Assembly (NCBI GenBank): GCA_963770565.1
Contig: CAVYQE010000002.1
Span: 256,001 to 320,000, forward strand
Direction of reading: 5' to 3'
From: an uncultured Actinomycetota bacterium
GTDB taxonomy: Bacteria > Actinomycetota > Actinomycetes > JAFAQI01
Length of the DNA: 64,000 nt
Below the pieces are notes generated by a model, which ran no database searches, was not told the origin of the DNA, and saw nothing but the letters and a program-made list of their open reading frames with translations. A program made the translations under genes and the position numbers. Every line of letters starts with the position of its first letter. The first letter of the stretch is position 1. Below, piece by piece: positions 8,228 through 18,476 of this stretch.

Positions 8228-10399
8228 CTAACGTCCGACGAGACGGCGAACCGTCTCGACGAGCTGATCCTGGTCGAACTCGGTCTTGAGCAGGTATGCG
8301 CTGGCCCCAGCGTCGAGCCCTGCCCGCTGGTCGTCTTCGCTCACCCGGCTCGTCATGATGACTACTGGCACATGCTCCCAGCCCCGGGTCCGCCGGATGG
8401 TGCGGGTGAGGTCGTAGCCGTCCATGCCCGGCATCTCCACGTCGGAGAGGACCAGGTCGGCCGGCTCGTCACTCAGTCTGGCCGCGCCGTCGGTGCCGTC
8501 CACGGCCGTGATGACGTCGTACCCTGCGCCTTCGAGGATCGCACGTTCCAGCTCGCGGACTCCGACCGAGTCCTCGACAACGAGCACCCGGGCGCGCCGC
8601 AGCGCCGGCTCAGTGGCATCGATCGGCGACAGCAACGACGAGTACGCCGGCAACGCGCGCTGGCTGCTGTCGACGGTGAGCTCGCGGAGGTCGACGAGGC
8701 AGACGACGCTTCCGTCGCCGTCGATTGTCGCGCCGCTGATGATCGGCGGGCGGCCGAGGAACGCGCCGAGGTCCTTGACCACGAGCTCGCGCTCGCCGTC
8801 GAGCGCGTCGACGGCCCACGCGACCTGACGATCGCCTTGGCGAACGACGACTGCGGCTTGGGGCGAGGTGTCGTTGCTGTCGACGCCGAGCGCGCGACCG
8901 AGGTCGAGCAACGGAAGCGTCTCGCCATGACGGACCACTACCGGGTTGCCGGCCAGGGCGTGGACGACCGCGTTCTTCAACGACAGCGACTCGACGATTC
9001 CTGGGACCGGCAACGCGAACCGCTCGGAGCCGACCCTGGCGATCAAGCAGCGCAGGACGCCGAGGGTGACCGGCAGCGTCACGCTGAAGGTGCTGCCCTC
9101 CCCCGCCGCGGACCGCAGATCGACCAGGCCGCCGAGACCCTCGACCGCGGTCCGTACGACGTCGAGGCCGATGCCGCGACCCGAGGCTTCGGTGACCTCG
9201 GTGCTGGTCGAGAAGCCGGGAAGGAACAGGACGTTGTGCAGCGCCGGCCCGGTCACGGTCGAGTCGGCCGGCAGAACGCCTCGGCCGATGGCCTGGACCC
9301 GGAGGTCGTCGTCGTCGATCCCGACGCCGTCGTCGGTGACCTCGATGACCACGGTCCCGCCGGCCGCGCGAGCGGTCACGGTCACCGTGGAGTGCGGCGG
9401 CTTGCCGGCCGCGACCCGCTCGGCCGGTGACTCGCAGCCGTGGTCGACCGCGTTGACGACGAGGTGCTTCAGCGCGTCTGACACGCCGTCGAGCACCTGC
9501 TTGTCGAGCTCGACCTCCTGGCCGAGCATGACCAGCCGGACATCCTTGCCCGACGCGGTCGCCAGGTCGCGGACCACCCTGGGCAGCCCGGCGACGACCC
9601 GGCGGACCGGGACCATTGCGAGGCCCATCGCGCCGTCGCGCACCTGCGCGAGCCGGCCCTGGGCATCGTCGGCGAGCTCATGCAGGTCACGCGACGCCGC
9701 GATCATCTGGTCGTGGGATGCCAGCAGCCGCAACATGGCCTGGTTGGCCTCGCTCGCGCCCTCGAGCGACGGCAGCGCGTCCCGTAGCTCGCGCAGCCAG
9801 TGGGAGGTGTCGGCGACGATCGCGTCGATCGCTCCGCTCGCGCGCTCGAGCCGGCGGGAGTCGAGCTCGGCTTCGCCGACGACGTCGATCAGCTCGTAGA
9901 CCTTGGCGGTCGTCACCCGGACCGAGTCGACGCCTCGGCGCGGGGATTCCTCGACCGGCTCGTCGTCCTCGCCGGCCGGCGGGGTCCAGTGCGGAACGGT
10001 GACTGGTTCCTCGCCGTCGGTAGCCCGCTGCATGGCGTCGGCCAGCGCACTCAGGTGCTCGAGCGGGACCGGATCGGTGACACCGGGCAGCGCGCCGAGA
10101 ATGCCGTCGCAAGAAGCGAGCAGCAGGTCCACCACGTCGCGGCGTACCGGCAGCCGGCCGTCCCGCAAGGCGCCGAGCAGATCCTCCGCGCGGTGGGCGA
10201 CTGCGAGCATCTCGGACAGCCCGAGCATCCGGGCCGAGCCCTTGACCGTGTGTGCGTCGCGGAACAAGCTCACGACGACCTGGCGCGGCGAGGGGTGCTC
10301 CTCGAGCGCGAGCAGCCCAGCCTGCAGCGACGCGACCCGTTCCTCGACCTCGGCGCGGAACGTCGCGAGCAGCTCGGGGTCGTCAGCCCAGCCGGCCAT
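8228..10399 (-). CDS. cheA: Hybrid CheA-like histidine kinase (Hpt-HATPase-CheW-REC)
   Basis: Hpt HTVKGSA; N box NAVDHG; DDGVG; FLPGFST; GRGIGL; CheW domain; C-terminal REC (EDS, DVEMP). Confidence 0.95.
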   Translation of the reverse strand: MAGWADDPELLATFRAEVEERVASLQAGLLALEEHPSPRQVVVSLFRDAHTVKGSARMLGLSEMLAVAHRAEDLLGALRDGRLPVRRDVVDLLLASCDGILGALPGVTDPVPLEHLSALADAMQRATDGEEPVTVPHWTPPAGEDDEPVEESPRRGVDSVRVTTAKVYELIDVVGEAELDSRRLERASGAIDAIVADTSHWLRELRDALPSLEGASEANQAMLRLLASHDQMIAASRDLHELADDAQGRLAQVRDGAMGLAMVPVRRVVAGLPRVVRDLATASGKDVRLVMLGQEVELDKQVLDGVSDALKHLVVNAVDHGCESPAERVAAGKPPHSTVTVTARAAGGTVVIEVTDDGVGIDDDDLRVQAIGRGVLPADSTVTGPALHNVLFLPGFSTSTEVTEASGRGIGLDVVRTAVEGLGGLVDLRSAAGEGSTFSVTLPVTLGVLRCLIARVGSERFALPVPGIVESLSLKNAVVHALAGNPVVVRHGETLPLLDLGRALGVDSNDTSPQAAVVVRQGDRQVAWAVDALDGERELVVKDLGAFLGRPPIISGATIDGDGSVVCLVDLRELTVDSSQRALPAYSSLLSPIDATEPALRRARVLVVEDSVGVRELERAILEGAGYDVITAVDGTDGAARLSDEPADLVLSDVEMPGMDGYDLTRTIRRTRGWEHVPVVIMTSRVSEDDQRAGLDAGASAYLLKTEFDQDQLVETVRRLVGR

Positions 10400-10444
10400 C
10401 GGCGACTCCCGCGGTGATCGTCACCTAGGTTGCATCGGCGCGGG

Positions 10445-12283
10445 TCATTCGACCCTGAACCTCCCGACCGTGCCCCGGACGGTCTCCATCAGGTCGCGCA
10501 GCCGGGCCGCGGAGGCAGCGTGGCTACGCGTGGCCGACGTCGCGCCGTGGCTCGCGCCGGTGACCAGCCGCATCGCGGCCACGACCGCGTCGCTGGCCTC
10601 GCGCTGCTGGCGGGTCGCGCTGGTGATGTCCTCGACCGCGCGGGTGGTGTCGTCGACCCGGCCGCTGATCCGCATCAGAGCGTCCTCGACCGCGCGCTGG
10701 CGCTCCAGTCCCTCCGCCACCGCGGCGGTGCCCTCGAGGTTGACCGCCGAGGTCGCCACGACCTCGTATTCGAGCTCAGCGACGATCCGCGCGATGCCCG
10801 CGGTGGCGGCCCGGGCCTTGCTCGCCAGCGCACCGATCTCGTCCGCGACGGTGGCGAACCCGTAGCCGTACTCACCGACTCGCGCGGCCTCGATCGAGGC
10901 GTTGACACCGAGCATCGTCGTACGCCGGGCCAGCTCGTCGATCGAGCGGGTCATCGCGGCGATCCGCACCACCCGCTCGTCGAGCCGATCGGTACGGGCT
11001 CCGAGCTCCTGCACACGCTTGCCGATGGCCACCATCGAGGCGGTCGACTTCTCGACCGAGACGATCCCGTCGTCGACGTCGCGGCGAGTGGTGCCGGCAA
11101 AGGTGGCCACCCGCTCCGCGGTCTCCGAGATGGAGTTCGCGGTTGCGGCGAGCTCCTCGATCGTGCTGGTCGTCTGTGCCACCGCCGAGGCCTGCTGCTC
11201 GACCGCCCGCACATGGGCGGCCGCGGTGCCGGCCAGATCGCTGGCGTTGTCGGCCAGCCGGTCGGCGACCCCGCTGAGCTGACGAACCAAGCGGCGCAGC
11301 GAGAGCACCGTGTCGGCGAACACCACGGCCAGGGTGGCGGTGGCCTGGTCAGCCGGGTTCTCCAGCGACGGCACCCGGGAGAGGTCGCCGGCCGCCACCG
11401 AGTCGAGCAGCGTGCTGAGGCGACTGACGTCGTCGATCAAGGCCAGGCGCTGCCGGCGGGCCGAGGCAACCGCCTCGTGGGCGCAGCTCGCGAGCGCACC
11501 GGCGGCCCAGCCGAACAGCGGGCAGGCCGGCAGGATGACCACCAACCGGCCGATCCCCGCGATCGTGAGCGTGTGGGAGAAGCCGGCCGCGGCGTAGATC
11601 CCGCACCCGGCCAGGGCACCCACCAGAAGGCCGCGTGACGGCCCCAGCACCGCACCGGCCACCACCACCACCGGCAGGAAGAGCACCCAGGTCGGCGCGG
11701 CCACGCCGTCGGCGTTCGCCACGATCCCGGTGACCGAGACGAGCAACGCAGCCATCAGGACCGAGCCGAGCACTCGCCGGTACCCGGTGCTGAGGCGGGC
11801 GCCCACGTCCGGATCGGTCACGAGGGCGGCGAGCGCCACGGCGGCAAGAGCGGCCGCGATCGCCCAGACCGTGACCGGCAGGGGATGCACCTTCAGCGAG
11901 GTGCTGTTGATCCTCGCCGCCGCGAGGGCGCAGCCGATCAGCAGCAACAGGCTGCCGACGGTCACCCGCTGGGCGACCTGAAGGACGCGCTTGGCGAAGT
12001 GAGTCGCCTTGGCCTCGTCGTAGGCGACGTCGACCGGTTGCTCGACCTCGTCCAGCGACTCACTGACCACGGGCTCGATCCCGACCAGCTCGGCGAGCTT
12101 GCGTTCGACGTCCACCGGCAGCGCAGTTGTGACCGGCGTGACGATCGGCGGCACCAGCCGAAGGGGCGCGGACTCGACCGCGCCGGCCGGCTCGCCGCTC
12201 AGCCCGTCAGCGGTGTCGTCATGGCGGAAGTGGCGGGCGCGCGCCGACCGCCCCGACCCGCTCCGGCTGTTCGAGGCGGTCAT
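10445..12283 (-). CDS. Methyl-accepting chemotaxis protein with multiple TM helices and a degenerate hairpin tip
   Basis: Tip reads LARRTTMLGVNASIEAARVGEYGYGFATVA; about 6 TM segments. Confidence 0.9.
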   Translation of the reverse strand: MTASNSRSGSGRSARARHFRHDDTADGLSGEPAGAVESAPLRLVPPIVTPVTTALPVDVERKLAELVGIEPVVSESLDEVEQPVDVAYDEAKATHFAKRVLQVAQRVTVGSLLLLIGCALAAARINSTSLKVHPLPVTVWAIAAALAAVALAALVTDPDVGARLSTGYRRVLGSVLMAALLVSVTGIVANADGVAAPTWVLFLPVVVVAGAVLGPSRGLLVGALAGCGIYAAAGFSHTLTIAGIGRLVVILPACPLFGWAAGALASCAHEAVASARRQRLALIDDVSRLSTLLDSVAAGDLSRVPSLENPADQATATLAVVFADTVLSLRRLVRQLSGVADRLADNASDLAGTAAAHVRAVEQQASAVAQTTSTIEELAATANSISETAERVATFAGTTRRDVDDGIVSVEKSTASMVAIGKRVQELGARTDRLDERVVRIAAMTRSIDELARRTTMLGVNASIEAARVGEYGYGFATVADEIGALASKARAATAGIARIVAELEYEVVATSAVNLEGTAAVAEGLERQRAVEDALMRISGRVDDTTRAVEDITSATRQQREASDAVVAAMRLVTGASHGATSATRSHAASAARLRDLMETVRGTVGRFRVE

Positions 12284-12372
12284 CGGGGCATCCGGGCGCG
12301 CGGCAGTCGCTGACTCCCGGGTTCGGGGCCGAACGGAGGAGTCACCGATCCGCCAAACGGGTCACCCTCGCC

Positions 12373-12400
12373 AGATCGGCGTACCGCGCTCGCGGCTTGA
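12373..12400 (-). promoter_or_regulatory. Putative sigma28 (FliA/WhiG-type) promoter upstream of the second MCP
   Basis: Minus strand TCAAG-N15-GCCGATCT; the sigma28 consensus is TAAA/TCAAG-N15/16-GCCGATAA. Confidence 0.6.
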
Positions 12401-12415
12401 ATCAGGGTCGGCCGA

Positions 12416-13972
12416 TCAGGCGACCTTGAACTGCGCGATCGAGGCCCGCAGCTCGGCCGCGAGCACGTTCAGCTCGCTCGCGGCGGTCGCCGCCTGCTTG
12501 GAGCCCACCGCGTACTGCTGGGAGACATCCGAGACCTGGGTCATCGCGGACACCACCTGGTCGGACGCCGAGCGCTGCTGCTGGGTCGCGATCGAGATCT
12601 CCTTGGCCGCCGTGGTGGTCTCGTCGACCATCCCGCTGATCCGTTCCAGCGCGTCGACGACACCGCGGGCCAGCTCCGAGCCGACCCGGACCTCCTTGGC
12701 GCCCTCTTCGCTGGCGATGATCGTGGCGTTGGTCTCGCTCTGGATCTCGTTGACGAGCGTGGCGATCTGGCCGGTCGAGTCCTGAGCCCGCTCGGCCAGC
12801 TTGCGCACCTCCGAGGCGACGACCGCGAAACCGCGGCCGTGCTCGCCCGCGCGGGCCGCCTCGATCGCGGCGTTGAGCGCGAGCAGGTTGGTCTGGTCGG
12901 CCAGGTCGTTGATGACCTCGAGGATCCGGCCGATCTCCTGGCTCTTCTCGCCGAGCGAGAGCGCGCGGGCCGCGATCGAGTCGACCCGATCGGCGATCGT
13001 GTCCATCGCGGCGACGCTGGATTGCACGGCCGCCCGGCCGTCGTCCGCGTGCCGCAGCGTCTCGGCGGCGTAGCGCGCCACCGCCTCGGACGTCTCGGCG
13101 ATCTGCGCGGCGGTGGCCGCCAGCTCCTCGATCGTCGAGGTGGTTTCGGAGACTGCCGAGGACTGCTGGGTGGCCGAGGACGAGTGGTCGTGGGCGGTTT
13201 CGAGCAGCTCGCCCGCGGCGGCGCCGATCTGCTCACCACCGGTGCGGATCTGGGTCACCAGGGCCCGGAGGTTCGTCACGGTGTTGGTGAAGGCGGTCGA
13301 GAGCTGGCCCAGCGCCTCGTCGCGCCTCGCTTCAGGCGCCATGCTGACGCTCAGGTCGCCTTCGGCGGCCTGCGCGAGCACCTCGGAGAGCTCAGCGACC
13401 CTGGCCTGCAGCTCGTCGCGCTCGGCCCGGGCCATGGCACGCATCGCCCAGATCGACTGGGACAGCGCACTGTTGAACCAAGTCAGCGCCGGGAAGATCG
13501 GCAGCACCAGGACCAGCCAGGCCGCGGTGGTCGAGTCGACACTGTGCGCGATCAGCGCGGCGATGACCAGCGCGACCGAGTTGGCGACGCCGAGCAGCAC
13601 CGCCTGCCATTGTTTGAGCGTGGTCGCCGCAAACAGCAGAGCCGGCAGGTAGAGGATCCAGAACGGCCCGCGGAGGCCGCCCGACACCGCGACCGCCGCG
13701 CTCACCGACAGCATGGTCGAGAGCAGCAGGACGACCCGGTACGTCGTGATCCGGTGCCGGACATGTTCGAAGCGCTGCTGGAGCGTCGGCAAGACGGTCA
13801 TGACGGTGGCGTTGATGATCGCGAGCACTTCCCAGCCATAGAGCGCGACCAGGTGGATGTGGACGCCCGGGGTGGGGTGGAAGTGCAACACGAGCGCGCC
13901 GATCAGGGCGAGCACGATGCCGACCCAGGTCGAAGCAGCCGCGACGCGGCTCAGCTTCTTGCTGAAGTCCAC
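12416..13972 (-). CDS. Methyl-accepting chemotaxis protein with multiple TM helices
   Basis: Canonical tip [30 protein letters not shown]; GGAGG RBS before GTG at 13972. Confidence 0.95.
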   Translation of the reverse strand: MDFSKKLSRVAAASTWVGIVLALIGALVLHFHPTPGVHIHLVALYGWEVLAIINATVMTVLPTLQQRFEHVRHRITTYRVVLLLSTMLSVSAAVAVSGGLRGPFWILYLPALLFAATTLKQWQAVLLGVANSVALVIAALIAHSVDSTTAAWLVLVLPIFPALTWFNSALSQSIWAMRAMARAERDELQARVAELSEVLAQAAEGDLSVSMAPEARRDEALGQLSTAFTNTVTNLRALVTQIRTGGEQIGAAAGELLETAHDHSSSATQQSSAVSETTSTIEELAATAAQIAETSEAVARYAAETLRHADDGRAAVQSSVAAMDTIADRVDSIAARALSLGEKSQEIGRILEVINDLADQTNLLALNAAIEAARAGEHGRGFAVVASEVRKLAERAQDSTGQIATLVNEIQSETNATIIASEEGAKEVRVGSELARGVVDALERISGMVDETTTAAKEISIATQQQRSASDQVVSAMTQVSDVSQQYAVGSKQAATAASELNVLAAELRASIAQFKVA

Positions 13973-14036
13973 AAGCCCTCCTGCACCAACCACTGTCGAA
14001 TCCTTCTTCGAACGATTCGAGGTGCCGCTGAAGCCG

Positions 14037-14603
14037 CTACGCCGAGCGTCGGCCCCTCGGCAGCGCGTCCCGCATCCGCAGCACGGCGGTCACGTCCAGC
14101 ACGGCGATCGGGCCGTCCTCGCGCGGCACCTGCCCGCTGAGCAGGCTGGGTCCACCCGGTGCACTCGCGGGCGGGAAGCCGGCGACCCCCGTCAGGGGCG
14201 TCGTACCTTCCACCGCGTCGACCACCATGCCGACCGCGATCCCGTCACTGGTCAAGACGATCAGCCGGGCGGTGGAGCCGAGTTCGGCGGCCGGAGCGCC
14301 CAGCAGCGGGCGCAGGTCGAGGACGGGCAGGATCCGGCCACGCCAGTTCGCGACGCCGGAGAGCCACTCCGGCAGGCCCGGCACCCGGGTGATCACCGGC
14401 ACCCGGCCGACCTCGGCGATCGAGGAGAGCTCGATCGCGAACCGGCCGGTGCCGAGCAGGATCAGGATGGCGTCGGTGTCGACGGCGGCTTCGGCCGGGT
14501 CGGCGGCGGCCTCCGGGGCCGATTGTCCCGCGCCGTTGGCGGCTGCCGGGATCGTCGCGGCCGGCGCCTCGTCAGGCGCGGTCGCAACCTGCGAATCGGT
14601 CAC
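14037..14603 (-). CDS. cheW: CheW scaffold protein
   Basis: [27 protein letters not shown] and GMVVDAV; GTG overlaps the upstream stop (GTGA). Confidence 0.92.
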   Translation of the reverse strand: MTDSQVATAPDEAPAATIPAAANGAGQSAPEAAADPAEAAVDTDAILILLGTGRFAIELSSIAEVGRVPVITRVPGLPEWLSGVANWRGRILPVLDLRPLLGAPAAELGSTARLIVLTSDGIAVGMVVDAVEGTTPLTGVAGFPPASAPGGPSLLSGQVPREDGPIAVLDVTAVLRMRDALPRGRRSA

Positions 14604-15040
14604 GTCTGAGGTGTCGGCGCATTCCCTCGTTTGGTGTAGTCCGACTTGATCGCCCGGAAGGTCACGAACACCCCGACCGCGCCGGCGAGGATGCCGAGGA
14701 AGAGCAGCGCGTTGCCCACCACGACCACCCCGGGGTCCACCGGCAGCTTGCCGACGAAGACGACATCGCCGCCCGGGGCGACCAGCAGCAACGCTCCGAC
14801 CGCCACGAACCAGCCGACGATCGGCGCGATCGCGCCGGTGAGAGTGCGGGTCGCGAGGCCGGCGAACGACGCGGCGGCGACATTTCCGACCACGGCGAGC
14901 ACAGCGGCAAGGCCTTCGACCCCGCCCGGCAGGCGCAACGGCACCAGGAACGACTCGATCACGCCCAGCACGACGCCGATCGCGGCCAGCACGACGTAGG
15001 TAATGAGCAGTAGCCAACGCTCGGATTGCTGCGTGGCCAC
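14600..15040 (-). CDS. Membrane protein (DUF6113-like, usual mshB neighbour)
   Basis: Four TM segments with the motif WFVAVG...PGGDVV; synteny with mshB. Confidence 0.7.
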   Translation of the reverse strand: MATQQSERWLLLITYVVLAAIGVVLGVIESFLVPLRLPGGVEGLAAVLAVVGNVAAASFAGLATRTLTGAIAPIVGWFVAVGALLLVAPGGDVVFVGKLPVDPGVVVVGNALLFLGILAGAVGVFVTFRAIKSDYTKRGNAPTPQT

Positions 15041-15080
15041 GCCAAAGGGTACGGCGACGGAGCCGCCGTACGGTAGGCCG

Positions 15081-17051
15081 TTAGTCGCCGGCGTGGACCC
15101 GCTCGGCCTCGCGCAGGTCGATGACCCGCGGCGGCGGACCGGCGGCAGCAGCCGCCTCAAGGACCGCGTTGATTTCCTTGCCGACCAGTTCGTCGCGCTC
15201 GATCAGGGCGTCGCGCAGCGCAGCGACCAGGTGCTGGTTGGCTTCGAGCGCACCCTTGACCGCGAGCTTCTGCTCCTGCAGCAGCTCCTCGACCCGCCGC
15301 CGGCCGTCGGGGTCGCCGAGCACCCGCCCGACCAGGTTGGTGTCGCTGAACATGCTGCCCTGGACCGCCGCGAACGAGACCAGCGTCCCAGCCATGCCGG
15401 CCGCACCCACCATCTGCGCGGCCACGTTGGTCGCGTACAGCAGGTCTCCAGCCGGGCCGGTCGACACATCGCCGAAGAACAGCTCCTCGGCGCATTGGCC
15501 GCCCATCGAGATCCGGATCAGCCCGATCATCTCGGTGCGTGAGCGGGTGTAGACCTCTTTCGCGTCGCCGTGCGCCAGCATGCCCAGGGCCTCTCGACGC
15601 TTGATGATCGACAGGATCTCCAGCCGGCGCTCCGGTGCCATGAGGTACGCCGTCGTAGCGTGTCCGGCTTCGTGCGTCGCGATCAAGCGCTTCTCGTATT
15701 CGGTGTAGCCGACCGGCTGGCCGAGGCCGACCTGCAAGGTCAGCCGGGCGCTCTCGACGTCCTTCCAGCCCATCCGGTTGTCGCCGCGGCGGACCGCGTT
15801 GACCAGCGCCTCGTCGAAGAGCTGCTCGATCATCACCGGGGTGAAGCCCTGGGTGACGCTGGCCAGCACGTCGCGGCGCTCGTCGTCGTCGAGCTCCGGG
15901 TGGTGTGACTTCTTCACCAGGAAGTGGTCGGTGAGGGCGCGGCGGCCGGCCTGGTCGGGGACGTTGAAGGTCAGGGCCCGGTCGAACCGGCCCGGTCGCA
16001 GCAGCGCGGGGTCCAGCGAGTCGGCCCGGTTGGTCGCGGCGATCAGCAGGATGTTGGCGTGCCGCGGCTTTGGTCGAGGCACCTGGCGATGCGGCGGGAG
16101 GAACTTGTTGATCCCGGTCGCGGTGGCACCCCAGAACCTCTGCATGCCCATCGGCTGGTCGAACGACTGCATCTGCACCAGCAGCTCGTTGACCACGCCG
16201 CCGACGCCCTCGCTGATCGCCCGGTTGACGACCGGTCCGGCGAGGGCCGGCTGAAGGAAGCTCGACGGCAGGTTGACCAGTGACCCGCAGCACTGCACCG
16301 ACTTCGACAGCTGGTCGAGCGAAGTCATCGACATCCCGTTGCGGGTGCCGCCGATCGCGTCGATCTCCTCGATGAAACCGATCGCGCCTCCTTCGGCGAG
16401 TGCGGTCTTGCGCAACACCTTGAAGAACCCACGGATCTTCCCGGCGGTCGCGCCGTAGAACATCGACTGGAACGACGTACCGGAGACGAAGAGAAACGGA
16501 ACGCCGGCCTCAGCGGCCATCGCCTTGGCGGTGTGGGTCTTGCCGGTGCCCGGCAGGCCCTCAAAAAGCAGGCCGCGCCTCGGAGTGCCGCCCATCTCGG
16601 AGGCGAAGGTCTTGTGGGCCAGGAACAGGTTGATCGAACGGACGACCTCTTCCTTGACCGTCTCGATGCCCACCACGTCGCTCAGCCGGACGTCGATCTG
16701 CTCCGGCCGGTAGAGCGTGTGCGGTGAGCGCCGCGAGTACAGGATCATGACCGCGTAGCCGAGCACCAGCGCGCCGATGAACAGCAGCGGCGCGATCAGC
16801 AGCCAGTTCACGTGGGGGAACGCGATGACGTCGAACGGACGGTGATCGAGGATCCGCCACCACAGGAAGGCGACCGGGATCCCGAGGTACGCCGTCAGTC
16901 GCCAGAGCCGCCGGCGGCGCTGCACCTCGCGCTTGACCCCGACGTCGGCGTTCGCGACGGCAAGCACCGAGTCGGCGCTCGACAGCAACTGTGGGTCGAT
17001 CGGACGACCGGAGTTGCTCAGGAGCTCGGTCAGCGCCGGTGAACGCTCCAC
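15081..17051 (-). CDS. FtsH-like membrane AAA+ metalloprotease (divergent paralogue)
   Basis: Two TM helices; Walker A GLPGTGKT; Walker B GFIEEID; SRH ATNRADSLDPALLRPGRFDR; M41 motif HEAGH...AEELFFG...GDL. Confidence 0.88.
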   Translation of the reverse strand: MERSPALTELLSNSGRPIDPQLLSSADSVLAVANADVGVKREVQRRRRLWRLTAYLGIPVAFLWWRILDHRPFDVIAFPHVNWLLIAPLLFIGALVLGYAVMILYSRRSPHTLYRPEQIDVRLSDVVGIETVKEEVVRSINLFLAHKTFASEMGGTPRRGLLFEGLPGTGKTHTAKAMAAEAGVPFLFVSGTSFQSMFYGATAGKIRGFFKVLRKTALAEGGAIGFIEEIDAIGGTRNGMSMTSLDQLSKSVQCCGSLVNLPSSFLQPALAGPVVNRAISEGVGGVVNELLVQMQSFDQPMGMQRFWGATATGINKFLPPHRQVPRPKPRHANILLIAATNRADSLDPALLRPGRFDRALTFNVPDQAGRRALTDHFLVKKSHHPELDDDERRDVLASVTQGFTPVMIEQLFDEALVNAVRRGDNRMGWKDVESARLTLQVGLGQPVGYTEYEKRLIATHEAGHATTAYLMAPERRLEILSIIKRREALGMLAHGDAKEVYTRSRTEMIGLIRISMGGQCAEELFFGDVSTGPAGDLLYATNVAAQMVGAAGMAGTLVSFAAVQGSMFSDTNLVGRVLGDPDGRRRVEELLQEQKLAVKGALEANQHLVAALRDALIERDELVGKEINAVLEAAAAAGPPPRVIDLREAERVHAGD

Positions 17052-17200
17052 TGAGCCTCCGGTTCGGTGTCTCTATGCGGTGATTTCGACTAGATACCGG
17101 AGTGTGTCACCGGATCCGGGCTGGTAGACCGGACGGGACCAGGATTCACCCGGTCGGGCTAATCAGATCAAGCCGGTTCCTGCCGATTGGCCCAGCCGCG

Positions 17201-18094
17201 CTACCCGACCCCCGCAAACAGGTCGGTTTCGCGTCCGCCATCGGCCGCGAGCCGGCCGCGGGTGAGCCGGTAGTGCTCGATGCCGAACGCGCCCTGGCCG
17301 ACATCGTTGGACAGGGCGAAGAAGTGGCCGTCGACCGCTACCTGGGTGGGGTAGGCGCGCAGCGCCGCCATCTTGTGGTCGAGGAACTCCCGGGCGTCCA
17401 CGGCGGTGGTGACCTGGTCGTCCGGCACTCCCATCGCCAGGTCCTCCGGCGACGTCACGCCGAACGGCGCTTCCTCGCCCATCTCGCGCAATGCCTCGAA
17501 CGCGATCTGCAGCGTGGACATCGGAACTACCGCCTCGTAGAACTTGGCCGGCGCCCAGGCCTCCCCCGCCGCAGGAAAGCGGTCCGGGTCACCGGCGGCC
17601 CCGAACGCCGCGACCGCGACCCGGTGTGCCTGGATGTGGTCGGGGTGTCCGTAGCCGCCGTTGTCGTCATAGCTCACGACGACCTGCGGGCGCACCTCGC
17701 GAATCACCTGTACGAGTGCCGCGACCGCCTCGTCGAAGTCGGCCTGCCAGAACGACTCCGGCCGATCGTTGGACGGCGTGCCCATCATGCCGGAGTCACG
17801 CCAGCGCCCCGGCCCGCCCAGGAAGCGGTGATCCGTCACACCGAGCGCGGCCATCGCGTCGGCCAGCTCGTTGATCCGGTGCTCGCCGAGCCCGCCTTCT
17901 TTGTCGGCGGCGAGGTGCGCCAGGTCGGGTACGAGGATCTCGCCCTCCTCGCCGAGCGTGCAGGTGACCAGCGTCACCTGAGCACCTTCGGCGGCGTACT
18001 TCGCCATCGTGGCGCCGGTCCCGATTGACTCGTCGTCCGGGTGGGCATGGACGAGCAGGAGGCGGCGGGTCAGCTGACTGTCGGTCGTCGTCAC
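17201..18094 (-). CDS. mshB: GlcNAc-Ins deacetylase (mycothiol biosynthesis)
   Basis: [30 protein letters not shown] and FFALSN. Confidence 0.93.
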   Translation of the reverse strand: MTTTDSQLTRRLLLVHAHPDDESIGTGATMAKYAAEGAQVTLVTCTLGEEGEILVPDLAHLAADKEGGLGEHRINELADAMAALGVTDHRFLGGPGRWRDSGMMGTPSNDRPESFWQADFDEAVAALVQVIREVRPQVVVSYDDNGGYGHPDHIQAHRVAVAAFGAAGDPDRFPAAGEAWAPAKFYEAVVPMSTLQIAFEALREMGEEAPFGVTSPEDLAMGVPDDQVTTAVDAREFLDHKMAALRAYPTQVAVDGHFFALSNDVGQGAFGIEHYRLTRGRLAADGGRETDLFAGVG

Positions 18095-18122
18095 AATGAC
18101 AGAGATTACGTGGGGAGGCACG

Positions 18123-18413
18123 ATGGCGACCTTGCTCGACGAAGCAGCAATTGCCGCGGCGCTGGCTGAGCTCGGCAGCTGGTCCGGGGATCAGACCGCA
18201 ATCTCACGAACGGTGGATATCCCCAACGATGACGTCGCCGGCTTCCGCGCGGAGCTCGAGGTGATCGCCCGCGAGATGAATCACGACCCCGAGGTCGGCG
18301 GAAGCGGCGGCAACCTCACGATCACGATGTCGACCCATTCGGCCGGCGGTGTCACCGAGCTCGACCTCGAGTACGCCCGCAGGGTCAACGCGCTGCTGGC
18401 CGCCTCCCGCTAA
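18123..18413 (+). CDS. Pterin-4a-carbinolamine dehydratase family protein
   Basis: NHDP...[12 protein letters not shown]; GGGGAGG RBS. Confidence 0.85.
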   Translation: MATLLDEAAIAAALAELGSWSGDQTAISRTVDIPNDDVAGFRAELEVIAREMNHDPEVGGSGGNLTITMSTHSAGGVTELDLEYARRVNALLAASR

Positions 18414-18476
18414 CCGCACCGCCCGCAGCGGCCGCCCGGCGTACCGCCGCGGCCGGCGACATGGTTGTCTTCGGTC

